Shown: positions 20,711-29,921 of the stretch, one piece after another
How the letters are laid out: each line of letters begins with the position of its first letter
Numbering within the stretch: position 1 is the first letter of the stretch
Assembly: GCA_029884455.1 (NCBI GenBank)
Contig: JAOUHU010000005.1
Location: forward strand, 38,300 to 102,299
Origin: Gammaproteobacteria bacterium
GTDB taxonomy: Bacteria; Pseudomonadota; Gammaproteobacteria; Steroidobacterales; Woeseiaceae
Direction: 5' to 3'
Length of the DNA stretch: 64,000 bases
Notes under the pieces: model-generated
What the model saw: the letters and a program-made list of their open reading frames with translations, nothing else
Databases searched by the model: none
Told to the model about the DNA's origin: nothing
Translations under genes and position numbers: made by a program

Positions 20711-20809
20711 ATAGCAAAACTGTCGATTCTGTCAGGGAATCGCATGCGCTCAGTCGCCATTATGCAACCAACTTTCAGTATCTGGTGCTGCATTCCATGG
20801 CGCTTGATT

Positions 20810-21871
20810 ATGTTAAAGGATATTGCATTGACGAGTCTGGCTGCGATATTTGGCGGAAATGACGAAGAACCGGAGAGTAAGGAGCCAGAAAGTGAAAAGC
20901 TCCTTAACCTGTACTGGAATCGCGCCGAGCTGAAAAAAGAGTTCGCTGAGTTGCGAAACGAAAAGTTCCGCCTGCAAGAACGGTTGAAAGAGCAGGAAGG
21001 AGCTACCGCCAGACTCGAACAGAAGTTGCAGCACCTCGAAAATCTGCTGCTCGATTCTGACTGGGTCTACAACATTGTTACATTCTTCCAGTTGCGGCGA
21101 TTGGCGCTAAGCGGTGAGACTAGGCTGGCAAAATTTGCTGAGCAACTCAAACAGCAGCGTGAGCTTAAGGTACAGAATCAGCTGCAAAGTCAATGGAATG
21201 AACAGCGCGCGGCGGAGGCGGCTCGGGTGGAGCGCGAGATTGGCGAACACCGCCTGGGTGTGCAAATGCTGGAGGATCGCCTACAGGTAGAGAGTGCGCG
21301 CGAGGCGAGCATGAGTCGACTGGCAAGATTGTTTTTTGGCAGATCCGCGCAGGCGAGGCTTAATGAACTCACGGCCAACATCGATCTGGCGGCGGAACAA
21401 GAGCGTCGCTTGCTACACCGACTTGAGGAAATTGAGAAACAGCCGCCGCCGGACACGCAAGGTCTCGATGTGGCTACCAAACGGTTAATTAATTTCATGA
21501 TTATTTCCTTCGCCCAGCAGCTGTATCTGCATTTTTGCGACGATGAACTGGCGGAACAGGCCAAGCAGGCCTCGGAGACGAGCATAGGAGCGGTCAGGTA
21601 CGGCGACAAAGCCGCATGCGATCAGGTTCTGGGACGCATACGAAAACAGCTGGACTCATTAGAAAAAGCTACGGAATTTGCGGACGTCCTGAAGCGGCGT
21701 GCCAAAATGATTGGCGAAAAAGCGGTTTTTCGAACTAGCGAAGACGCGGTACCCACGTCGGCTTCCGTGTCGACCGTATATGCCATCGACAAGAAGGGTC
21801 AGGTTCAAACGCTCGAGATAAATCTGCTTCGCGAAAACTACTGGAATCTGAATGCAGTGGTAAGTCGCTGA
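20810..21871 (+). CDS. Hypothetical coiled-coil protein
   Basis: Start taken at ATG 20810 (MLKDIALTSLAAIFGG). Long heptad-rich, Glu/Gln/Arg/Leu-rich sequence. No recognisable catalytic motif. Confidence 0.45.
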   Translation: MLKDIALTSLAAIFGGNDEEPESKEPESEKLLNLYWNRAELKKEFAELRNEKFRLQERLKEQEGATARLEQKLQHLENLLLDSDWVYNIVTFFQLRRLALSGETRLAKFAEQLKQQRELKVQNQLQSQWNEQRAAEAARVEREIGEHRLGVQMLEDRLQVESAREASMSRLARLFFGRSAQARLNELTANIDLAAEQERRLLHRLEEIEKQPPPDTQGLDVATKRLINFMIISFAQQLYLHFCDDELAEQAKQASETSIGAVRYGDKAACDQVLGRIRKQLDSLEKATEFADVLKRRAKMIGEKAVFRTSEDAVPTSASVSTVYAIDKKGQVQTLEINLLRENYWNLNAVVSR

Positions 21872-21886
21872 AACAGCAACTACGAG

Positions 21887-22303
21887 CTAGATGTCGGTCC
21901 GGTACATCTGTCGTCGGAAGTGCGGCTGGTCTTCCTCCGCGACGCCATGAAGGCGCAACGCAGTCTCCGGCGGCGTGCTAACTGGTGCGGCTTCTTCGAG
22001 CGCGTCGCCAGCATCTGTGTCTTCCACCAGTTCGATCTCATCCTGCAATGCAGGCGCGGCGATCTTTTCGGCGTTAATTCCTGTGGGCAGCGCTTGTATG
22101 CCGGTGGCATCAGATGGGCCACGGTCGACTACGACAATATTCAGAGACGGCGCAGGCAGTGCCGGATCTGCAACATCATCGGTTACTCCTTCACAGTCAG
22201 GTCTGATGCCGCTGGATGCCAAAACAGATGAACTGCAAAAACCGAGTAACAGCGCAGCAGCTACGCTGGCGACGGTAAACTGCGATCTTCCAAGCTGTTT
22301 CAT
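21887..22303 (-). CDS. Hypothetical small secreted/lipoprotein, acidic
   Basis: Start at ATG 22303 gives MKQLGRSQFTVASVAAALLLGFCSSS (lipobox-like). No family recognised. Confidence 0.4.
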   Translation of the reverse strand: MKQLGRSQFTVASVAAALLLGFCSSSVLASSGIRPDCEGVTDDVADPALPAPSLNIVVVDRGPSDATGIQALPTGINAEKIAAPALQDEIELVEDTDAGDALEEAAPVSTPPETALRLHGVAEEDQPHFRRQMYRTDI

Positions 22304-22381
22304 CACGGGCTCCCCCGTAACTGTGTTAGGTGTTATAGTGCAGTATAACACCGATATACTTATGCACAAGCGTATTAAAAA

Positions 22382-24487
22382 TCAAGGGGTTACCTGCACC
22401 GTTTGCGCCGGAATGCGTTGTACTTCTCGCATCAGTGCCAAGTCTGTAACAATGCCAGCGGCCTGGTCAAGCTGAACGTCAGGCCGCTCGTCTTCGTTAA
22501 GTTCCTCAAGACTGGCGATCGCATCGAGGCCTAGCGCTGCGCGGCGCTCGTTTTCCCGTTGTAAAGCCTTGGCCATGTTTGCTTCGCGCTGCTTGCGACG
22601 GGTGTCGATATTCAACGAAATCGTCTTCTGCGCGCGGGTCTGACGATCGTCTTCGACGAATTGGGCCAGATATTGATAGTTAGGGTCGTTCTTGGCTCGC
22701 TCTGAATGACTGGCAGTCAAAGAATCAATTGTCCTGTCCAAGGGCTCGCCAGCACGGAAGCGCGAAGTCGGAATCGTATCCCATGGTAACGCGCTGTCAC
22801 GAACGCTCTCGCCGATCAATTCGGCGTCTATGGGTGATGGCAGATTGATGTCCGGACTAACACCGCGGTGTTGCGTACTTTCACCGGTAACCCGGTAGTA
22901 CTTGCCGATTGTCAGGGTCAACTGCCCATAGCCATCGTCTCCCTCAGGCTGCAAATACTGATCCAGTGAATACAAATTCTGTACGGTTCCCTTGCCGAAC
23001 GTCTCTTGCCCGACAATTACGCCGCGCTCGTAGTCCTGAATAGCGGCCGCAAAAATCTCCGAGGCAGACGCACTAAAACGGTTGATAAGTACCGCCAGCG
23101 GTCCGTTGTAGGCAACGTGCGCAACAGGGTTCGGGTCGTCCAAACGATTGATTCGTCCATTTGCATTTTTCAACTGCACCACCGGACCGTTATCAATGAA
23201 CAAGCCTGAAAGTGCAGTTGCCTCGGTAAGGTGACCGCCGCCGTTGTCGCGCAGGTCCATAACGAGCCCGTCGATGCCCTGTTCTTCAAGCTCGCTGATT
23301 AGCCGCCGCACATCTTTGGTAGTGCTGGTGTAATTCTTGTCGCCATTGCTCAAGGCACGATAATCGCGATAAAAACTTGGCACTTCGATGACACCAATGT
23401 TCCAGTCACGACCGTCGCGGGGCACAGTAATAATCTGGCTCTTTGCAGCCTGCTCCTCAAGTTTTACCTGGCCCCGGGTGAGGCTGATTTCCTTGTCATT
23501 GTGGCCGGGCAAAGCACCAGCAGGAATGATTTGCAGACGAACAACGGTATCCGCCTCGCCCCGAATCAGGTCAACGACATCGTCAAGTCGCCAGCCAATT
23601 ACGTCAGTCATTACGCCATCCGTCCCTTGCGCAACGCCGGTAATCCGGTCTTTCGGTGCCAGTGAGCCATCAATCGATGCTGGCCCGCCCGGAATTATGC
23701 TGACGATCTGCACATAGTCGTCCTCCGTTTGTAAAGATGCGCCAATACCGAAGTAGGACAGACTCATCTGGATTCGGTATTCCTCGGAATTACGTGGTGA
23801 CAGGTAACTTGAGTGTGGATCAAGTGTCCGGGCGAACGCGTTCATGAAGGTCTCGAACACATCGTCGTTCTTGATTTGATCCATACGTTTCAAGTATTGG
23901 CGATAGCGCTTTTGCAATACCTCCTGAGAATCGTCCCAGGGCTTGTCGGTTAGCGCCAGATTCAGCGCGTCGTGCTTCACGCGCTTGCGCCATAGTTCAT
24001 CGAGCTCGGCGGTTGTTTTCGCCCATTCGACTTCCTCTCGATCGAACTGATAGTCTTCATCTACTGTCAAATCCGGTTCGGATTCGAGGTAATGCAGGGC
24101 GACCGCGAACCTTTCGCGCACTCGTGTGCGGTATACCGAAAACATGTCGAACACCGGATCCAATGGTTCACTACGAACAATGTCGTCCAGCCGATATCGG
24201 TACTTCTCAAAAAAGTCGATATCGCTCGCCAACAGGTACATTCGATTGTGATCGAGTTCATCGAGGAAGTGGTCCATGACTCTCGATGACAAGTCGTCAT
24301 TGACGATGATATGGCTGTAGTGCGATTTTTCGACAAAGGTCGTAACCAGTTCGCCAATGTCTTCGTGGCGACGTTCCGGATGTAATGCGTCATCCGCGGC
24401 GATGCCCTCGCTGGCAGCGGATAACATCAGCATTCCGGTCAACAGGACTGCTTGTCTGTGGATACGTTGGATCGGAAGTACGTTCAA
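22382..24487 (-). CDS. prc: Tail-specific (C-terminal processing) protease
   Basis: 701 aa. Signal peptide, PDZ region (GIGASLQTEDDYVQIVSIIPGGPA), S41 catalytic block (NRFSASASEIFAAAIQDY...GKGTVQ). Confidence 0.9.
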   Translation of the reverse strand: MNVLPIQRIHRQAVLLTGMLMLSAASEGIAADDALHPERRHEDIGELVTTFVEKSHYSHIIVNDDLSSRVMDHFLDELDHNRMYLLASDIDFFEKYRYRLDDIVRSEPLDPVFDMFSVYRTRVRERFAVALHYLESEPDLTVDEDYQFDREEVEWAKTTAELDELWRKRVKHDALNLALTDKPWDDSQEVLQKRYRQYLKRMDQIKNDDVFETFMNAFARTLDPHSSYLSPRNSEEYRIQMSLSYFGIGASLQTEDDYVQIVSIIPGGPASIDGSLAPKDRITGVAQGTDGVMTDVIGWRLDDVVDLIRGEADTVVRLQIIPAGALPGHNDKEISLTRGQVKLEEQAAKSQIITVPRDGRDWNIGVIEVPSFYRDYRALSNGDKNYTSTTKDVRRLISELEEQGIDGLVMDLRDNGGGHLTEATALSGLFIDNGPVVQLKNANGRINRLDDPNPVAHVAYNGPLAVLINRFSASASEIFAAAIQDYERGVIVGQETFGKGTVQNLYSLDQYLQPEGDDGYGQLTLTIGKYYRVTGESTQHRGVSPDINLPSPIDAELIGESVRDSALPWDTIPTSRFRAGEPLDRTIDSLTASHSERAKNDPNYQYLAQFVEDDRQTRAQKTISLNIDTRRKQREANMAKALQRENERRAALGLDAIASLEELNEDERPDVQLDQAAGIVTDLALMREVQRIPAQTVQVTP

Positions 24488-24630
24488 ATCTTTCTCCAGT
24501 GTCGGTCGAGCCGGTTCTATCAGCGGCTTATGTCGGCTAGGCTAGTGGTCGAGCCGAGATTGATCAAGGGCATACTTTGCATAACTGGCTGCAGTTTCGT
24601 AATTAAATAGTCCGACTTGGAAATTAATAA

Positions 24631-24918
24631 ATGCGCCCGCTGGCTATCATCAATGGTGTCGTGCTTGGTTCCTGCCTGTCGATCTCTGTGAGTCTTGCCG
24701 CCGTTATGTGCGTCTATTTGTTGCTTGGAGATGAATATCCTCGCCTGCAATCGGAATTTCGGCCGCTGCTTGCGAGTGCGCTTATCTTCTCCGGTATGAC
24801 AGCAATTTCGGCTGCGAGTTTCTATACGCTGCTCACAAAACGCAAAGCCCGAACGGGATTTCAGTTGGCCATGTGGACGGCACTATTCGCAACCGCCTGG
24901 TATTACGTCGCGCAGTAA
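24631..24918 (+). CDS. Hypothetical small membrane protein (3 predicted TM segments)
   Basis: 95-aa ORF whose hydrophobic segments fit TM helices. No family recognised. Confidence 0.4.
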   Translation: MRPLAIINGVVLGSCLSISVSLAAVMCVYLLLGDEYPRLQSEFRPLLASALIFSGMTAISAASFYTLLTKRKARTGFQLAMWTALFATAWYYVAQ

Positions 24919-24939
24919 GCCAGGCAATGAAATCCGCGG

Positions 24940-25500
24940 CTAATCCAACAAGCGTGAAACGCCTGCGGGGTTGTTCTTCAAATCCTGTTTCAGTCGCCGT
25001 TGCATCCTCGACAGCAAGCTTTCACGACGCGAGTTGAGTCTTGCACGACGTTCTTTCCGACTGCATTGTTCGGACCTGACCTGTTCAGCGTCGCGAAACG
25101 CGCAAAAGTCCCGGTACGCCTCGATTTCATGCCGCAGTTCGCGCATTAGGAGCTCGACCATAATTGCGTCGTCGAGATATCCCAAGCCAGGGATATGATC
25201 CGGTATCAGGTCATCCGGTTCGGCGAAATAGGCGAGTGCATGCAAAACGCGCTTCGCGGCGGCGTGCGGCAGCCGCCAGTCGAGATCTGAGATCATGCGT
25301 ATCATGAAGTCGAGCTTTTGCAGTCGCTCGGCGATAAATGCCGGGCAGTGGCCGTCGTCGACTATGTGCAGTAATTCGACGGCGGCTGCAACAATGTCCT
25401 CGGGAGCCCGGCGCTCAGTGGCGTCCCGGGCAGCACGCATAATCAGCCTGAAATGGCGCAGATCGTCCTCATTTAGATCAAACGATATCCGCAGGCTCAT
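24940..25500 (-). CDS. DUF1232 (YkvA-like) domain protein
   Basis: Start at ATG 25500 (MSLRISFDL...), 10 nt after the stop of the upstream ORF. Core motif YFAEPDDLIPDHIPGLGYLDDAIMVELL is the DUF1232 signature. Arg-rich helical tail. Confidence 0.55.
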   Translation of the reverse strand: MSLRISFDLNEDDLRHFRLIMRAARDATERRAPEDIVAAAVELLHIVDDGHCPAFIAERLQKLDFMIRMISDLDWRLPHAAAKRVLHALAYFAEPDDLIPDHIPGLGYLDDAIMVELLMRELRHEIEAYRDFCAFRDAEQVRSEQCSRKERRARLNSRRESLLSRMQRRLKQDLKNNPAGVSRLLD

Positions 25501-25510
25501 CGCTGCCGAC

Positions 25511-25912
25511 CTAATTCTTGCGGGATCGTTTGTCCCAGTGTTTTGAGCGATCGAATCTGCCGGTGTTGTACGGGTCGATACCGACTTGCTCCTCGGTATC
25601 GATGGCATTTTCGTCGAGAATGGTCAGCGTTTCGTGCGTGCCGGTGTCTTCCCGTATGTACTTGCGGATCAGGACGTTCTTGCCTGGGCCGAGATCTTCG
25701 ATACGAGCATCCGCGAGCCCGTCGAACCGGACGACTTCGGGCTGTCGCTCAGGTACTGCAGGCGTTCTTGTCGCTCCGGGGGCCGCAGCGTGATGGCCGG
25801 TTTGACGCAGGTAGCTGCCGGACTTTTTAAGATCCGTGCGCGGCGACACCTGCTTAGCCGAAAACCTACCGACCAGCCAGCGAAAAAAACGCGTCATTCT
25901 CTGTGTTCCCAT
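25511..25912 (-). CDS. Hypothetical protein (133 aa, basic N-terminus, conserved-looking IDPYNTGRFDRSKHW C-terminus)
   Basis: Only substantial ORF at this position; same strand as the downstream DUF1232 gene and tightly spaced with it. No family recognised. Confidence 0.45.
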   Translation of the reverse strand: MGTQRMTRFFRWLVGRFSAKQVSPRTDLKKSGSYLRQTGHHAAAPGATRTPAVPERQPEVVRFDGLADARIEDLGPGKNVLIRKYIREDTGTHETLTILDENAIDTEEQVGIDPYNTGRFDRSKHWDKRSRKN

Positions 25913-26029
25913 CCCGAATTGCGTAAATTAGTCCCTTGGTCCACTATAAGTCCTGCTGCGCACAAGCATGCAATATTGTTAACATAATTTCTACGCTATA
26001 CGCGCTAATGTGTTGCCGGACAACAAAAT

Positions 26030-26045
26030 AATGTGAAATGGTTCA
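26030..26045. promoter_or_regulatory. CRP/Vfr-type binding-site candidate
   Basis: TGTGA-aatggt-TCACA: both half-sites are perfect with the canonical 6-nt spacer. The centre lies about 125 nt upstream of the ATG at 25912 (minus strand) and 33 nt downstream of the stop at 26078. Confidence 0.35.
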
Positions 26046-26077
26046 CACTTCACGGCTACGAGTGCGCGCCTCGGATT

Positions 26078-26422
26078 TCAGTCCTTTTCAGCAGCCGTAA
26101 GTCGCCATGCCATGGCGGTCAGCCGCAGAATTTGCCAGGTGAAGTAGGGCGATAGCACCAGGAACAATGCGACAGTCTCGCCATTGCGAACGCGGCCGCT
26201 CAGAGTGCTAAAAAAATCGCCGAACCCGTGTCCGCCATACTCGCCAAAAACCTCGCGGCCGACCAGGTAAATGGCAATCGGCAACAGGACCAGTCCGACG
26301 AAAAGCAGCCCGAGAAACAGCGCGAGTTCGCGCAGCAAGCGCTGCTTGGAGAGGTATATCGATTCGACCACAAGTTGCGTCCGAATACAGAAATATGCCC
26401 ATCCTTGCGTACAGGCTCGCAA
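26078..26422 (-). CDS. Hypothetical small membrane protein (2-3 TM)
   Basis: 114-aa ORF; an alternative GTG start at 26371 is possible. Hydrophobic LALFLGLLFVGLVLLPIAIYLV and VALFLVLSPYFTWQIL. Confidence 0.4.
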   Translation of the reverse strand: MRACTQGWAYFCIRTQLVVESIYLSKQRLLRELALFLGLLFVGLVLLPIAIYLVGREVFGEYGGHGFGDFFSTLSGRVRNGETVALFLVLSPYFTWQILRLTAMAWRLTAAEKD

Positions 26423-26464
26423 ATATCAAGTCGCGGTGCAGGCGCAGGCGCCCGGCCGAAGTGC

Positions 26465-26752
26465 TTACTCTGATTGGCGCCTGGCCCCACGCCTGCGACG
26501 GTAGATGAGGACACCCATATGCAGGCAAGCTATCGAGAACAGGGCGTAGTGGGGCAGTACCCAAACCCAGTGACCGATATAGATTGTGGCTACCAGCGCC
26601 GTGACGCCAGCCAGCAGGTAGAACCAAGGCAACGCCGCGTAAAGCGCTCTTGGCAGCCACACCTTTCTGGATAACAGCGAGCCCGTATTATTGGTTAATT
26701 GTTGTGTGTCACTAAGGACGCCAACGCGATTCGCTGCGTAGCGGCTGTTCAT
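26465..26752 (-). CDS. Hypothetical small membrane protein (2 TM)
   Basis: 95-aa ORF. ALPWFYLLAGVTALVATIYIGHWVWVL and ALFSIACLHMGVLIY, followed by RRRRGARR. Confidence 0.4.
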   Translation of the reverse strand: MNSRYAANRVGVLSDTQQLTNNTGSLLSRKVWLPRALYAALPWFYLLAGVTALVATIYIGHWVWVLPHYALFSIACLHMGVLIYRRRRGARRQSE

Positions 26753-26843
26753 TTGACCTGCGCTCCTTGCATATCAGGAGCCAAGTTTAATATTCGATCG
26801 CCCGCTTGTCCGTGATTGATCTCACAATAAGCCGATCAACCGG

Positions 26844-28343
26844 TCAATTATCCCGAGGCTCGCGCTTGGCTCGCTCTTCGTATCGGAACTCGGAGGTGCC
26901 AATCGATACCACATCACCATGTTTGAGGAAGTGCTCGGTGACGCGCCGGGCGTTCACAAACACACCATTTTTGCTGCCCCAGTCAGTAACGCGTGTGGTG
27001 CCGCCCTCACTCACGATCACGGCATGCCGGCGACTGATATGTGCCGCTTTTAGTTGAATGTCGTTCTGCTCTGTGCGTCCAATGGTCAGGCGATCCTTGA
27101 ATAACGGAAAGCGCACTTCCTGGTTGTCGATGGAACCAACCAATACGCGTGTCACTCTGTCGCGATCCACCGGGCTCTGATTTTCGACATGACCATAATC
27201 GGGTCCATCTCGCACGTCTATATTTCTATCCATCGCTTTAATCGCATCAGCTTGGTGGGATTTTTTGGCAAGTTCGGAAATCAGGCAATTGATAGCTTCG
27301 CTCTTCGTTTCAAGTTTCAGCAGTGACTCGGAAATTTCTCGACGCAACCTCTGATTTTCTTGCTCAAGTTTCTCGATCCTGGATTTACTGCTTTCCTCGC
27401 TGGCACTAAGCATATTTTCAAGTTGGACGCGGTAGCCGCGAGTCTCAACCAGGTCCGAAGCCAATTGTTCCGTTAGCAATTCGTGCTGAGAAAGCGTCTC
27501 CTGGGCCGAACCCAATTCGAAGCGAATAATTCGAACCTCTTCCGCGTGCGACGATTTCAGCGATGTCAAAGTTTCACCCAGTTTCGCATTCTGTTCGTTG
27601 AGATTCGCAATTGTCACTTCCTGAGCTTTAATACGATCTACCGCTTGCGACAAATCATGCCGCAGTACGTCTTGAAGGCCGCGATTGTTCCTGGTTTCAA
27701 TGTCGCTGTCCTGAAGTCTTTGACGCAATTCGTCTGCGTAGCTTTCGAGACGCATATAGCCTCGCCGCAGTTCGACGATAGCAAGCTCGTCGCTCGCCAT
27801 TTGTCCGCTGCGAGGTGTCGCAGTGGCGCTCGCTTCAGTTTTCAGGCTGCCTCTCCGGTCTGTAAGGCCGTCGCCCATGGTCTTCAATTGCTGTTGCAGT
27901 GCATGGAAGTGCTCGTTGCGCTCGCGAATTTCCAGCCTCAGTGCTTTGATTTGCTGGTCACGCTTCTTCAACAGTCCTTGCTTGCGTAACAATGAACTTG
28001 CCGCGTTGTCCAGCTCAGAGCGCAATTGGGTGTTTACTTCTTCGCGTGACCTGGTTTCGGCCTCCAGGCCGAGTTGCCTGGCCTGGAGCCGAGCAACCTC
28101 GAATTCCAGCCGGCCAATCGTCTGGTCGCGCACCTCAAGATCGGCGCGAAACTTGGCTAAATCAGGCGCGTGTTCAGCGTCAGTAATTGGCGCATGCCGG
28201 AGGCCGGTCGTAGTGGCGGCCAATTCGAGTTCCCCTTTGGCTTCATCCGATTCAGGCACCGCCAAGCTGAGCGCCTCGAGTTCCGCGGTTGGGTCGTCAT
28301 CGTCGCTGACTAATTCATTGATATTTTTCTTATCATTAGCCAT
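26844..28343 (-). CDS. Coiled-coil protein with C-terminal FHA (phosphothreonine-binding) domain
   Basis: 499 aa. Acidic N-terminus, about 330 aa of heptad-like Glu/Leu/Arg/Gln-rich sequence, then FHA signatures LTIGRTEQNDIQL..HISRRHAVIV...GSKNGVFVN...L..GDVVSIG. Confidence 0.8.
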   Translation of the reverse strand: MANDKKNINELVSDDDDPTAELEALSLAVPESDEAKGELELAATTTGLRHAPITDAEHAPDLAKFRADLEVRDQTIGRLEFEVARLQARQLGLEAETRSREEVNTQLRSELDNAASSLLRKQGLLKKRDQQIKALRLEIRERNEHFHALQQQLKTMGDGLTDRRGSLKTEASATATPRSGQMASDELAIVELRRGYMRLESYADELRQRLQDSDIETRNNRGLQDVLRHDLSQAVDRIKAQEVTIANLNEQNAKLGETLTSLKSSHAEEVRIIRFELGSAQETLSQHELLTEQLASDLVETRGYRVQLENMLSASEESSKSRIEKLEQENQRLRREISESLLKLETKSEAINCLISELAKKSHQADAIKAMDRNIDVRDGPDYGHVENQSPVDRDRVTRVLVGSIDNQEVRFPLFKDRLTIGRTEQNDIQLKAAHISRRHAVIVSEGGTTRVTDWGSKNGVFVNARRVTEHFLKHGDVVSIGTSEFRYEERAKREPRDN

Positions 28344-28426
28344 GCGCGCATACTATCACGCGGCCGGAATCCGGCAATTGCGGCACCAGACGCGGCGGGT
28401 ATTACGTCAAGTCGAAACAACCCGGT

Positions 28427-29917
28427 CTAGTTAACTGGCACCGTGCGGCCGCCGGCCCACTGACGCAATCCTTCGATTTGCTCACGCATTACGACCGACA
28501 GCGGGTGCGTGAGCTGCACCTCAGCAATGATATGAGCAGTTGTGAGGGACTGATTTTGCGCATGCGCGGTGTACAAGGCGGATACCACCGCTTGCTCAAT
28601 TTCTGACCCGGAATAGCCATCTGTCGCGCCCACGATTGACGCGACGTCAAATATAGCCGGCTCCTGCTTGCGACGCTGCAAGTGAATACGCAAAATTTCT
28701 GCCCTGATGCCAGGATCCGGCAAGTCGACGAAGAAGATCTCGTCAAAGCGGCCTTTGCGCACTAGCTCTGGCGGCAGTGCCTCGATGTCATTGGCCGTCG
28801 CGACGACAAAAACTTGGCTCTGCTTTTCAGCCATCCAGGTAAGAAACGTCCCGAGGACGCGTTGCGTTGTGCCGGTTTCCCCACCGCGGCCGGCAATGCC
28901 TTTTTCAATTTCGTCGATCCATAGAACACAAGGTGCCATTATATCGGCGGTGTGCAAGGACTCGCGCAGTTTGCGTTCAGTCTCGCCATGATACTTGTCG
29001 TAGATGGCGCCGAAGTCGAGCCGCAATAACGGTACGCCAAAAATGCCGGCAGTGGTTTTTGCGGCCAGGCTTTTGCCACAGCCCTGAACGCCGAGCAATA
29101 CGATTCCTTTCGGCGCATCGAGGTGCGCAACGTCGGCGCCGCCAGTAAATACCGATTTGCGCTTGCTGAGCCAGTCCTTGAGACGCTCCATGCCACCGAG
29201 ATCATTGAAACGAGCGGTGTCATATTCGAATTGCAAGGAGCCGCCACGATTGAGCAGCTCGTACTTGGCCTGCATTACCTCGGCAAGGTCACTGCTGGAA
29301 ATTGCCCCGTCAGCAAATATCGCATTTCTGGCCAGCCTCTCCGTGTCGGAATAGGTCAAACCAGCAAGGTTGCGAATCAACATTTCGTGTGCTTTGGCGT
29401 CGGCTTTTACGCGACGTCCGGAATTTTCGCTGACCCATTCATCGGCCACTTTCTTGACTATGTTGCGGCGTTCCGTTTCGGACGGGAAAGAGATGTCGAA
29501 ACGTGCACTGAACGAGTCGAGCTCGGCCGGCAATTTTACGGCATGGCCGATGAGCACAATCTGGCGCGGAATCTCCTGGTAACGAATGCAAATATCCTTG
29601 ATCAGGCGGACGTGAATCGGGTCTTCGAGAAACGGATGAAAATCCAGCAATACGTAAATGCCCGGCTTTTCGACTGCCCGCATATGTTTTAACACGTCTG
29701 CCGGCGCGGAATTTACCGTTTGTGGCGCCAGATCAATATCAAGTCGTTGCAGTCCATCCGTCACCGTCCAGCGAAAAAGTGGCATGTACGACGGCCCAAT
29801 ACTGGTCAGGGATATGCTTTGCAGCATACCAATTATGCGAGATTCGTCGCGAGTTTCGATTACGATGATCGGAATTCGTGAACGAAGCATAACGGCGAGG
29901 TCTTTTTGATCGTCCAT
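28427..29917 (-). CDS. AAA+ ATPase (classic AAA clade, single active module after a degenerate N-terminal domain)
   Basis: 496 aa. Walker [10 protein letters not shown], Walker B VLWIDEIE, second region of homology [21 protein letters not shown]. Its start lies 4 nt after the stop of the upstream peptidase-like gene. Confidence 0.85.
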   Translation of the reverse strand: MDDQKDLAVMLRSRIPIIVIETRDESRIIGMLQSISLTSIGPSYMPLFRWTVTDGLQRLDIDLAPQTVNSAPADVLKHMRAVEKPGIYVLLDFHPFLEDPIHVRLIKDICIRYQEIPRQIVLIGHAVKLPAELDSFSARFDISFPSETERRNIVKKVADEWVSENSGRRVKADAKAHEMLIRNLAGLTYSDTERLARNAIFADGAISSSDLAEVMQAKYELLNRGGSLQFEYDTARFNDLGGMERLKDWLSKRKSVFTGGADVAHLDAPKGIVLLGVQGCGKSLAAKTTAGIFGVPLLRLDFGAIYDKYHGETERKLRESLHTADIMAPCVLWIDEIEKGIAGRGGETGTTQRVLGTFLTWMAEKQSQVFVVATANDIEALPPELVRKGRFDEIFFVDLPDPGIRAEILRIHLQRRKQEPAIFDVASIVGATDGYSGSEIEQAVVSALYTAHAQNQSLTTAHIIAEVQLTHPLSVVMREQIEGLRQWAGGRTVPVN

Positions 29918-29921
29918 TTTG

